Of a stretch of 21,729 nt of DNA, positions 1-8,631 are shown piece by piece. Source of the stretch: Oligoflexales bacterium (lineage in GTDB: Bacteria; Bdellovibrionota_B; Oligoflexia; Oligoflexales; Bog-1112); assembly GCA_045105515.1 (NCBI GenBank), contig JBGCDR010000361.1, positions 1 to 21,729 on the forward strand, read 5' to 3'. A program made the translations under genes and the position numbers. The notes beneath the pieces are model-generated. The model did not search any database. It was not told where the DNA came from and worked only from the letters and a program-made list of their open reading frames with translations. Within the stretch, counting starts at the first letter, position 1. Each line of letters opens with the position of its first letter.

Positions 1-148
1 AATTATGGAAGAGCAATCACAAAAACGGAGGAAAAGTTTCATGACAACCTAAAAATAATCGGGCAATACTTAATTTAAAAACCCTTAAAATTACAACGAT
101 AAATCCCGCCAATCAGTTATTGAAATTCCTATACATGAACATAAAAAT

Positions 149-1069
149 TTGAAAATTTCTAGTATCAAATCCTTATACAGTGCTGTACACACAGTAAAGG
201 GTAGTGCTGGCACCTATGGTTTCAATTATCTTACTGCTGTTTGTCATCGGGTTGAAGATGCCATTGAAAGTTATCTCAATGATAACGAAAACCAATTGTT
301 TAACAAACAATTTGATGAGTTAATTGACGAGCTTTTCACAATCAAGAGATTTTGGAACCAACTTTGTCAATATAATTCTTCAGACGAGAGAGTTCGTGTC
401 AGTAAACAAAGATATTACCAGCTTATAGATAAAATACAGGAAATTAAGGACTCAGAATACGCTTGGATAGTCGAAGAATTAGAAGAATTAGAAGCTATAG
501 AAGAAATAGAATTTAGTGGAAAATATCACCGTATTTTTAATAAACTCAAGGAAACTCAAGATTTATATATTGAATCACTAGAAATTGAGATTCCAAAAGG
601 CAGAATCAAACGTGATTTAGCAGAGGTACTCGATCCAATTTTAATTCATCTTGTTAAGAATGCAATTGCCCACGGAATAGAGGGAAAAAAAGAAAGAGAG
701 CAAAAATCTAAATGTCCTGGTAAAATTAATATTAAAATCCACCAAACTGGGAATGAATTTCAAATCTCAATCAAAGACAATGGCAGAGGAATCGATCCAG
801 AAAAAATTGCTAAAAAAGCCTTAGAAAAAGAAATAATATCGCCAAAACAATACCAAGTAATGTCGACTGAAGAAAAAATAGATCTAATTTTTAAACCGCA
901 ACTGAGTACAAAAAATAATGTATCTATCTCGAGTGGTAGAGGCATAGGCATGTACTCAGTAAAATCTAATCTAGATAAATTAGCGGCAAGAATCTCAGTC
1001 ACAAGTAAAGTTGATGTAGGAACAGAATTCTATATCTCGATCCCTAAAACATCTTTAAATCAAAGATAA
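149..1069 (+). CDS. CheA-like histidine kinase (Hpt + HATPase_c, no C-terminal CheW domain); 5' end broken or truncated
   Basis: Hpt motif LYSAVHTVKGSAGTYGF...CHRVED; CheA-type N box HLVKNAIAHGIE, G1 DNGRGID, F box IFKPQLST, G2 SGRGIGM. The protein ends at GTEFYISIP with no P5 domain. The frame is open only from 89 (TAA at 86-88), and the TTG start lies 12 codons before the phospho-His. Confidence 0.8.
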   Translation: MKISSIKSLYSAVHTVKGSAGTYGFNYLTAVCHRVEDAIESYLNDNENQLFNKQFDELIDELFTIKRFWNQLCQYNSSDERVRVSKQRYYQLIDKIQEIKDSEYAWIVEELEELEAIEEIEFSGKYHRIFNKLKETQDLYIESLEIEIPKGRIKRDLAEVLDPILIHLVKNAIAHGIEGKKEREQKSKCPGKINIKIHQTGNEFQISIKDNGRGIDPEKIAKKALEKEIISPKQYQVMSTEEKIDLIFKPQLSTKNNVSISSGRGIGMYSVKSNLDKLAARISVTSKVDVGTEFYISIPKTSLNQR

Positions 1070-1108
1070 TATAAAATCCATAATGATAATTAAAAAAATT
1101 GTAGCAAA

Positions 1109-2158
1109 TCAATGCCGTAATTGAGTATGAAATAAAGCTCCACAGAGTTTATATAAGACCCTTGCACCAACATTAAAATCCCACTCACTTGTTTGACTAT
1201 CACCCGCTACTTCACAAAGATCAAAGCCTATAATCTTTTTACCAGAAAAAGCAAGAACCTCTAGCAAATAAAAAGCTTCATGATAATCTAGTCCTCCTGG
1301 TACTGGAGTTCCAGTTCCAGGGCAATAGCTAGGACTCAAGCCATCGATATCAAAAGAAACGTAAACTTTGTTGGGAAGCTTGGCAACAATCTGATGAGCT
1401 ATGTTCTTAAATGAATCACCTTCACACTTGCTGGCAAACATTTCTGAGTCATAAAAAACACTTACCCTGCTGCCATGTCTATAAGTTTCTTCTTGTTCGA
1501 ATGCACAAAAATCCCTTATCCCCACTTGAACCAAATTTGTAACTTGAGGAAGCGCCCCCAGAATATTATACATAATTGAAGCATGAGAATGAGCAAAACC
1601 TTCATATGCTTTTCTTAAATCAAAATGGGCATCAATGTGTAAAATTCCAAAGTCTTGATGTTTTTCAGCAAGAGCTTTTACTAAACCAAAAGGTGAGCTA
1701 TGATCACCACCTAAGACTGCAACAAACTTATTATTATCCAAGTGCGTTTTACTCGCAAATTCAACACTCCTATTAACTCTTTCAGAGCACTCATTTACTT
1801 CCTTCAAGTTAGACGCTAAATCTTTACTATTTCCTCGACCATGTCTGATTGTTTCAATGAACTCTCCAGCTTTTTCATTATCTATTGAAACTCTCTCATC
1901 AGCATCAAGCAAAAATATTCCTCGTTCGTAGGGTTTACCAAATTTCAAATCCACCAAATCTAATTGATGACTTGCCTTTAAGATTCCTTTTGCTGCATGA
2001 GCAGTGCCTTTTCCATATGAAGCTGTAGCATCCCAGGGTACTGGTAAAATAACTAGATCAGACTCCTCATAAATGCCGGTAAGTCCGAATAAACCTGAAT
2101 CCATTGCCGGAGGCATTCCTTCCGTAAATATTTCCATTTCATGGGACTTCTTTGTCAT
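1109..2158 (-). CDS. speB: Agmatinase / ureohydrolase (arginase family)
   Basis: Mn-binding motifs GGDHS, DAHFD and SFDIDG..P..CPGTGTPVPGG; N-terminal PVPWDATASYGKGT; FDLCEV. A purine-rich RBS (GAGGA) lies upstream on the minus strand. Confidence 0.85.
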   Translation of the reverse strand: MTKKSHEMEIFTEGMPPAMDSGLFGLTGIYEESDLVILPVPWDATASYGKGTAHAAKGILKASHQLDLVDLKFGKPYERGIFLLDADERVSIDNEKAGEFIETIRHGRGNSKDLASNLKEVNECSERVNRSVEFASKTHLDNNKFVAVLGGDHSSPFGLVKALAEKHQDFGILHIDAHFDLRKAYEGFAHSHASIMYNILGALPQVTNLVQVGIRDFCAFEQEETYRHGSRVSVFYDSEMFASKCEGDSFKNIAHQIVAKLPNKVYVSFDIDGLSPSYCPGTGTPVPGGLDYHEAFYLLEVLAFSGKKIIGFDLCEVAGDSQTSEWDFNVGARVLYKLCGALFHTQLRH

Positions 2159-2332
2159 TTCTATTATTCCTCTTTCCTGGCGATTTTATTAATCTTTATA
2201 ATTAGAACTTAAACTCATCTAGATTTCTGTCGAGCATAGTGGACGAAGACGTTTTATGCTTGATGCCTAATAAAAGGTACACACTACAAGGCATCAATGA
2301 GCTCGAGCAAGGTTTAATTTGGAGCACAAAAC

Positions 2333-4021
2333 ATGTCCATGAATCCATTATATTTAATTGTTCAAGCAATTTTTGTAATTTTATCTTTTGTAATGGCTTC
2401 TTGCGGAAGCACTCAAACAACTGAAAATACTGAAAAAATTGCTAAGAATGTCGAGGTGTCAGCCTCTGTTGCAGAGGGCGCAGCAACAACTTTAGCTATA
2501 GACACTGGTTCAGCAACTGGAGCGCAAGTTATCATCGATGATGGAGCTTTAGACACAGGCACCGCGATTGGTCTTGATAGGGTCGAACAACCTACTGAAT
2601 TTGCAGAATTCACTTCTGAAAATGGAGATGGAGAATCTACATTTGTAACTGCTTCGTCAGCAATAGAAGTAAAGGGTGGCAGTGGAGATTCAAGCCCAAG
2701 TTTAGCTTCTCCCATGACGATCGCCATTCCTTTCAATGGAACCACGTCTTTAAAAATTTTTCTAGCTGGAATTGCAAAAACAGCAGCAAACATATGTGTG
2801 ATTCACAAGAGTGTGGCTGGAGAATTATTTTTCTTTAGAGGTAAACTGCTACAGATAGAAAGCTCAGAAGAAAAAATCAAGTTCAAATCTTCTACTTTTG
2901 GTATTTATCAGCTTTTTTTCTGTGGAGCTAATTCTCCAAATGGGTTCGAAGACGCTGGAGAAAAAGGGATTTCAGCACCTCCACCAGGAGCCGATCCAAG
3001 CACCTTTTCTAGTTATGGTGATGATATTAGTTTTACTCTGAGTATTGATAGTTCCACTTATGCTTTTGACTCGGCTAAGTACTGCCTATTAGTCACCAAG
3101 GACGGAATATCGGATGATACAAACCCAAGTGTTGTTAGTGCTAGTGAATTTAGCTTCAGTGGTGGGACAATGGATTTAGCATTAGAAGTCGATACCAGTA
3201 CTATAGGTGACGAAGCACTGCTTGTCATTGCAATTTTGATGCAAAGTAGTTCTCATAGCTGTAACTTTCAAGAGGGTGACGTCATTAGTAGCGATGTTGG
3301 ATACAATCATTCATATCGGTTTAAATCTTCGAAAAAATCGATTCATGAAGGTAGTGCAAATGGTACCTTTGGCGCCGGTATTTATGCAATTACCGAAAAA
3401 ACCATTGTTGTTGGTTCTCCTACAACTGTAAACTCTGCAGAGCCTTTTGCGGTCAGTAAAGTATGCGTCAGTGCTATCTCTAAAAACACAGAAGGTACCA
3501 TACTAGCCCGTATGTTCTCAAATACAAAAATTTCTGGCACATCTGGAGAAAGCATCTCAGTAAATATACCAAATGGTATGAGTGGGTTTTCTAAATTTGA
3601 ATTTGAAGTTCTTTTGAACAATAGTTGTGAACAAGAGTCATTTAACTATAGTGATAGTTATCCGCTCAAGCTAACCCAGGCTCATTCGGATGGAAAATAT
3701 TACTTAGCTCCCGTGTCCCTAAGCATACCCGAGGCTGTTCAGGCCCAGCTTGCAATTGTCTCTGCTGACGGAAACGTCTGTGCTGAGCTTTACCATGGAA
3801 ATTTTACTTCGAGCAATGTGGCAACTAGCGATACAAGTAAAAACCTTGGTTTATGGACTCTATCTAATAGTGGTCTAATAGTCTACGCCCCATTTGGAAG
3901 TGAAAAAATGCAAGGTGATACTCCGATATTTGATATTCTGTTTCACCTTGGTTCTGACTGTAAGTCAAACTTTCCTGGGGAAATATCCATTGCTTCCGAC
4001 GACGAGAACTTATTCGACTAA
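2333..4021 (+). CDS. Lipoprotein, beta-rich multidomain protein of unknown function (N-terminal ZU5-like region, three Cys-paired modules)
   Basis: Hydrophobic signal ending in lipobox MASC24; GGAG RBS at 2321-2324; Ser/Thr/Gly-rich; Cys at 155/197, 251/310, 378/432 and 483/543. The stop overlaps the convergent ligA stop (4018-4021). Confidence 0.75.
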   Translation: MSMNPLYLIVQAIFVILSFVMASCGSTQTTENTEKIAKNVEVSASVAEGAATTLAIDTGSATGAQVIIDDGALDTGTAIGLDRVEQPTEFAEFTSENGDGESTFVTASSAIEVKGGSGDSSPSLASPMTIAIPFNGTTSLKIFLAGIAKTAANICVIHKSVAGELFFFRGKLLQIESSEEKIKFKSSTFGIYQLFFCGANSPNGFEDAGEKGISAPPPGADPSTFSSYGDDISFTLSIDSSTYAFDSAKYCLLVTKDGISDDTNPSVVSASEFSFSGGTMDLALEVDTSTIGDEALLVIAILMQSSSHSCNFQEGDVISSDVGYNHSYRFKSSKKSIHEGSANGTFGAGIYAITEKTIVVGSPTTVNSAEPFAVSKVCVSAISKNTEGTILARMFSNTKISGTSGESISVNIPNGMSGFSKFEFEVLLNNSCEQESFNYSDSYPLKLTQAHSDGKYYLAPVSLSIPEAVQAQLAIVSADGNVCAELYHGNFTSSNVATSDTSKNLGLWTLSNSGLIVYAPFGSEKMQGDTPIFDILFHLGSDCKSNFPGEISIASDDENLFD

Positions 4022-5961
4022 ATTTGCTCAAGCTGTTTCCAAAGAGTTGCTTCGTCCCATAAAGCCAAGCCCAGCTGCCTTGCTTTAACAGCTTTGGAAG
4101 AATTTGATTCGATATCTGCAATAATCAGTACATCTGTATTTTTTGATACTGACCCCAAAACTTTACCTCCTGCTTGTTCAATAGCATCTGTAATTTTTTT
4201 GCGCGGACTTTTATGAGTTCCTGTAATTACAAACTGCTTTCCCTCTAATGCACCCCCTGTAACATCTTTCTTGCTTAGAGCTGAAGGAATCAGGCCAGCT
4301 ACAAGGAGCTTATCAATAACACCACCTTTTTCTTGCAAACCTACAACCACTTGCTCGGCAAGCTTAAGGGCAAAACCTTTGATTTCGACAATTTCCTCAA
4401 TGCTTGCAGCACGCAACTGGGAAAGATCGGTAAATCTTTCAAGCAAGAGTTCCCAACCTGTTTTTCCAAGGCCTTTAATTCCCAAACCACTTAGGAACTG
4501 TGACAAAGGTAGGTTTTTACTCTCTTGAATATTACGAAATAGTTTTGTGGCCATAGTTTCCTTAGTGAGAGGAAGCTTAAGAAAATCTTCTATTTGTAAA
4601 CTATAGAGATCAGAGACTTCTGAGACTAATCCATGATCAATAAGTACTCCAAGTCTCTTTTCACTTAAATCGTCTATTCCTGCACACTTAATCCAGTTTA
4701 AAATGCTCCCGACCTTCTGAGCAGCACATCCTCTTGAATTAGCGCAAATAAGCCGTACTTCATCAAAATAAAGATCCGTTTCACATGTAGGACATTGAGT
4801 GGGAAGCTTACAATCGCCTTCCTTAGCAGTTACAACTCTTAAAAACTTTGGTATGACTTCACCTGAGCGCACAATTTCTATTTCATCACCAGCCTTCAGA
4901 TTATATGCTTTGATAGTTGCTGCATTATGTAAGGTAATGTTAGTGATTTTTGCATCACTTAAAAAGACAGGATCAACTATTGCTACTGGAGTCACAACCC
5001 CTAGGCGAGAAGTGTTCCATATAATATCTCTAATCCCTGAAACTGCTGTTTGCCCTTGCCATTTGAAGGACATTTTGTAGCGTGGATGGTGACTTGTAAA
5101 CCCCAACTCACTATGCAAGGACAGATCGTCTAGGCTGAAAACAGCACCATCGATCCCAAGATCTCCGTTTTCCATAAAATCCTGGGTTCGCTGTAGAAAA
5201 GCAAATAGCTCATCAGCATTACGGACAACCTGGTATGGAGGCAGACGAAAACTCATCTGCTCCATAAATTTGAACTTCTCCTCCTCAGTAGAGTAGGAAG
5301 TATTTGACCCTGAAACGATCAGATCAAATGCAAAAAAGTTAAAAAACCTAGCCAGTTCGCCATGCTGTTTACGCCCTAATATCCCAGCCACTATATTCCG
5401 CGGGCTTGATGGCAGATCTAGATCGAGCTTTTTCATCTCTGCCACTAACTGATTGAAGCGATCCTGCTTGCAGAAAAGCTCACCTCTGATTTCAAAAGAT
5501 GATACTCCGAGATCTGCAACTCGTAACACACAGTCAGGGACCCATCTTATTTTGCTAGTTACATCCTCGCCAATTTTACCATTCCCTCTGGTTTTAGCGA
5601 GGGTAAGACGGTGATTTTCATAATTCAAACTCAAACTTACACCATCAATTTTATAGGTGCCTAGAGCAGGCCTATCCTTAAGCCAGGTGAGCAAATCATC
5701 GCGTTTATAAGTCTTAGCCAAAGATAGCATAGGCCTAGCATGGGTCACTTTTTTACTGCGCGCAGTATCGCCTTCGAGTGGAGCACCTATCATATCGAAA
5801 ACAGGATGTTCGGGTGCCAGTTCACGTAAGGAGTCTTCAATAGCATCATATTCCTGGTCAGAAATTTGCGGTTGCCCCGCATAGTACAAGCGCCGATGAA
5901 GCATAACTTTTTCTGCTAGCAAGGCAACATCATAACCATATTTATTCATAGGTAAGTTCAT
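4018..5961 (-). CDS. ligA: NAD-dependent DNA ligase
   Basis: Domain Ia YY...P.ISD.EYD, HARPMLSL, adenylation motif KIDG, TRGNG..GEDVT, EIRGE, TPVA...PV, TLHN, VIPK, C4 zinc finger (CPTC...C....C), HhH repeats and a C-terminal BRCT (GKQFVITG...GSVSKNTD). Confidence 0.96.
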   Translation of the reverse strand: MNLPMNKYGYDVALLAEKVMLHRRLYYAGQPQISDQEYDAIEDSLRELAPEHPVFDMIGAPLEGDTARSKKVTHARPMLSLAKTYKRDDLLTWLKDRPALGTYKIDGVSLSLNYENHRLTLAKTRGNGKIGEDVTSKIRWVPDCVLRVADLGVSSFEIRGELFCKQDRFNQLVAEMKKLDLDLPSSPRNIVAGILGRKQHGELARFFNFFAFDLIVSGSNTSYSTEEEKFKFMEQMSFRLPPYQVVRNADELFAFLQRTQDFMENGDLGIDGAVFSLDDLSLHSELGFTSHHPRYKMSFKWQGQTAVSGIRDIIWNTSRLGVVTPVAIVDPVFLSDAKITNITLHNAATIKAYNLKAGDEIEIVRSGEVIPKFLRVVTAKEGDCKLPTQCPTCETDLYFDEVRLICANSRGCAAQKVGSILNWIKCAGIDDLSEKRLGVLIDHGLVSEVSDLYSLQIEDFLKLPLTKETMATKLFRNIQESKNLPLSQFLSGLGIKGLGKTGWELLLERFTDLSQLRAASIEEIVEIKGFALKLAEQVVVGLQEKGGVIDKLLVAGLIPSALSKKDVTGGALEGKQFVITGTHKSPRKKITDAIEQAGGKVLGSVSKNTDVLIIADIESNSSKAVKARQLGLALWDEATLWKQLEQI

Positions 5962-6009
5962 TCTCCTAAAATTGGAAAAACAGTCTCTAAGTATAAATGC
6001 CTTTTTAAC

Positions 6010-6918
6010 TTAACGGGACCAAAAGGTTTTCGACTTCACAGTAAAAAATGAGTCGTACAAAGGACAATAAGCGGTTAGACGCTTACCATAAACGCAGCCT
6101 GTATCCAACTGAATAAAACCAAGTTCTTTAGACACACGCACATGCTCAAGAGGGGTATGGCCAGAAACATGAATTCGTCGAGAATCAGGGCGATTCTCAG
6201 GAGGGACTCGGCTCCAAAGGCAAGACTGAATTGCTGTTTTTGCATGTTCAAGATCAAGCTCGGCGGCTTCCTGATAATCTCTTTCTAAAACGATAGACTC
6301 TGACATCTGGACTTTGGCTGCTGCCTCAGCTTTTTTAACAATTTTAATATCCTCTTTTGTGGCAAAAGCATGCGTTACTAAGGTTAACTTATCTTCCCAA
6401 AAGTAAGGTAACTGGGTAAGAAACCTGAGATGCTCTGTTGGAAAAGCCCAAGAATCAAATTCGTGTGGATTGCAATTGTAACTCGTGAGAGTCTCATGGC
6501 CTCCTTGAGAAAGCCACGAAATAAACACCATTTCCTTAAACTGGTCAATTTTTTCATAAATACTAGATCCATACCGATCAGCTGTATAATCTTCTTGCAA
6601 GGTATAAGAACCAAAAGGAAATGCCAGCGCATTATTTTCCAGCAAATCAGGGCGAAGTGCTTCTAAAATTCGAAGAAACTCTACCTCATGGTTTCCCATA
6701 ATAAGGGAGTGTGTACCAGCATCATGACCTTTTAGAAAATGTTCACAAAGGTCAGCAGACTTAGGACCTCTATCGAAGATATCACCAACACAAACCACAT
6801 GAGCTTCTTTACCTTGCTGCTCAGCATTCTCAAAAATCACCTGTTCGAGTTCTCTGAACTCATCATAGCAGCCATGTATATCACCGATTATGTAACTTAA
6901 TTTAGACTCTGAGCTCAT
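6010..6918 (-). CDS. Calcineurin-like metallophosphoesterase (PrpA/PrpE/ApaH/Pnkp-phosphatase-like)
   Basis: Motifs IGDIHG, VGDIFDRGP, GNHE, W...GG..T..SY, THA, GHTP, LDTGCVYG..LTA. The ATG at 6918 is preferred over the TTG at 6939. Confidence 0.88.
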   Translation of the reverse strand: MSSESKLSYIIGDIHGCYDEFRELEQVIFENAEQQGKEAHVVCVGDIFDRGPKSADLCEHFLKGHDAGTHSLIMGNHEVEFLRILEALRPDLLENNALAFPFGSYTLQEDYTADRYGSSIYEKIDQFKEMVFISWLSQGGHETLTSYNCNPHEFDSWAFPTEHLRFLTQLPYFWEDKLTLVTHAFATKEDIKIVKKAEAAAKVQMSESIVLERDYQEAAELDLEHAKTAIQSCLWSRVPPENRPDSRRIHVSGHTPLEHVRVSKELGFIQLDTGCVYGKRLTAYCPLYDSFFTVKSKTFWSR

Positions 6919-7322
6919 GCTTCTACCTGTCTTCGCCAATCCTGACCCGACCTAACATCTGGCCCTGTCATATATGTATCGCCACGAAATCAAAAGAATA
7001 AACCTCATTGTCTTCTGATTTGCATTTTGATTCATAATCTTTTGTTTTTATGTAAAATTTTTATCTTGCCACTTGATAGATTAAGCAAAAAACCAAGTAT
7101 GGTCTTCAGGCAAGTTGGACCAGTTTAAGAATTTGGAAAAGGGTAAAATCCACCAAAAATCTCTGAAAGAAGGTTCTTACTCCTACCTATAGATACTCAA
7201 TGTCACCTCCCATTAAGATGGAAGGCCTATTCAGGATGGGTAATTTGGCGATTTTAGTTTTCTTAAACCGATTATTAGGGTAAGTTTAGAATCACAGAGA
7301 AATAAATGTAAAGTGAGGAATT

Positions 7323-8492
7323 ATGCATCCTTCGAAAACTATACTCGCTCTAATTCTCATGCTCCCTGTAGTGTCTACCTTAGGTGAAAAAAGTCATGGA
7401 GCATCAGATAGAAAAGAAATCGGAACCTTAGTGATTGGAACGGTTTTTCCTCACTCAGGGCCTCAAGCTCCGTATGGGGAGGAAGCCTTTGCAGGTGTAG
7501 AAATCGCGTTAGAAAGCCTTGTAAAGAGCGACCCTGATCTAGCAGCACACATTAACCTGCTTAAAGGAGATGATCAATCTACACCACAAGGAGCTCGCTC
7601 TGCAGCTCAAGAATTGATCGCAAAAAGAGCTTCTATCTTGATCGGATCAGTAACTAATCCCAGTTCCAAGACTCTTGCAGAAATAAGCCATGAATTTAAA
7701 AAGCCACTCATCATACCAGCTTCGAGCTCTCTAAGCATCGGACCTATGAGCCCTTATGTATTCAGAAGTTGTGCAATTGATCGGTGGCAAGGCAAACTCT
7801 TAGGTGAGTTCGCAATTAAAGAGCTTAAAATGAAAAAAGCTGCAATTCTGTTAGACCCGAAAGTGAATTATTCTCACGATATAGTAGAGAATTTTAAAAG
7901 GACCTTTAACAGCCTCGGGGGTGGAATTGTACACAAAGAGCTCTACCTTTCTGCAAAACCCCAATTTAGGCGGCATATAACAAATATAGCTAAAACTAAT
8001 GCTGATTTTATTTTGTTTCCTAGTGAATCCGCAAAAGAAGTTGCCGAAGTTATGCTTGTATTAAAAAAAGTAGGATTACACATTCCCCTATTAGGGGGTG
8101 ACCGATGGGGTTCCCCTTCTCTCAAAAAGCAAGCTAAAGGAGCCCTCGCAGGCCATTACTACGCGGTTCCTTTTACAGCTGAAGACCCTAATCCTAGGAC
8201 CCAAGCTTTTGTCGATTCCTTTAAGAAAAAGATGCGCAGGTATCCCAGTGCACTGGCAGCTATGACTTATGATGCATTTTTATTAGCTGCAAATAGCTTC
8301 AAAAGAGCAAGAACCAACCGAGCAACAGAACTCGTTCGATCAATAAAGCGAACAAAAGACCTCCCTGCATTGCTTGGCCCCTTATCTATAAATGCACAAG
8401 GCTTTGCTGAAAAATCTGCATTAATCATGGTCACTACAAAGAAGGGTCCAGTAGTAAAGTCCACAGTCCACCCTAGTAGAGTCAAAATGTAA
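7323..8492 (+). CDS. Periplasmic substrate-binding protein, LivJ/LivK (branched-chain amino acid) family
   Basis: Signal peptide; IG.VFPHSG..A.YG...G.EIA, DDQSTP, IGSVT, YVFR.C..D..QG, LLGGD.W, YDAF..A; GAGGA RBS upstream. Confidence 0.88.
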   Translation: MHPSKTILALILMLPVVSTLGEKSHGASDRKEIGTLVIGTVFPHSGPQAPYGEEAFAGVEIALESLVKSDPDLAAHINLLKGDDQSTPQGARSAAQELIAKRASILIGSVTNPSSKTLAEISHEFKKPLIIPASSSLSIGPMSPYVFRSCAIDRWQGKLLGEFAIKELKMKKAAILLDPKVNYSHDIVENFKRTFNSLGGGIVHKELYLSAKPQFRRHITNIAKTNADFILFPSESAKEVAEVMLVLKKVGLHIPLLGGDRWGSPSLKKQAKGALAGHYYAVPFTAEDPNPRTQAFVDSFKKKMRRYPSALAAMTYDAFLLAANSFKRARTNRATELVRSIKRTKDLPALLGPLSINAQGFAEKSALIMVTTKKGPVVKSTVHPSRVKM

Positions 8493-8631
8493 ATATTCAT
8501 TATTTGGCCAACTGGATCTCTTGGGAAGACTTCTGACACCCCTTCCTTCTAGAATTGATCTTATGCCTTCAATTAGAATGGCGCCCCCGGGTAAGGTGGT
8601 TCAAACTAATGACTAAACAGGTCTAAGAATA

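Noticed and set aside
2159..2260. Guanidine riboswitch upstream of the agmatinase-family gene (GGACGAAGACG on +; ATAAAATCGCCAGGA on -)
   Set aside because: The ACG-containing motif is on the wrong strand for speB and lacks closing stems; the minus-strand piece lacks the rest of the ykkC core.
3894..4088. Alternative-frame ORF suggesting a frameshifted lipoprotein C-terminus
   Set aside because: The annotated end (CKSNFPGEISIASD) parallels module 1 (CNFQEGDVISSD), and the alternative would run about 70 nt into ligA.
2178..7256. 11-mer TGGCGATTTTA present in two intergenic regions (2178 and 7246), resembling a sigma54 -24 element
   Set aside because: No TTGC -12 element at the required spacing, and the orientation relative to the nearest gene differs between copies.
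8578..8610. GC-rich patch with GGTTCAAA resembling a tRNA T-arm
   Set aside because: No acceptor, D or anticodon stems can be built around it.
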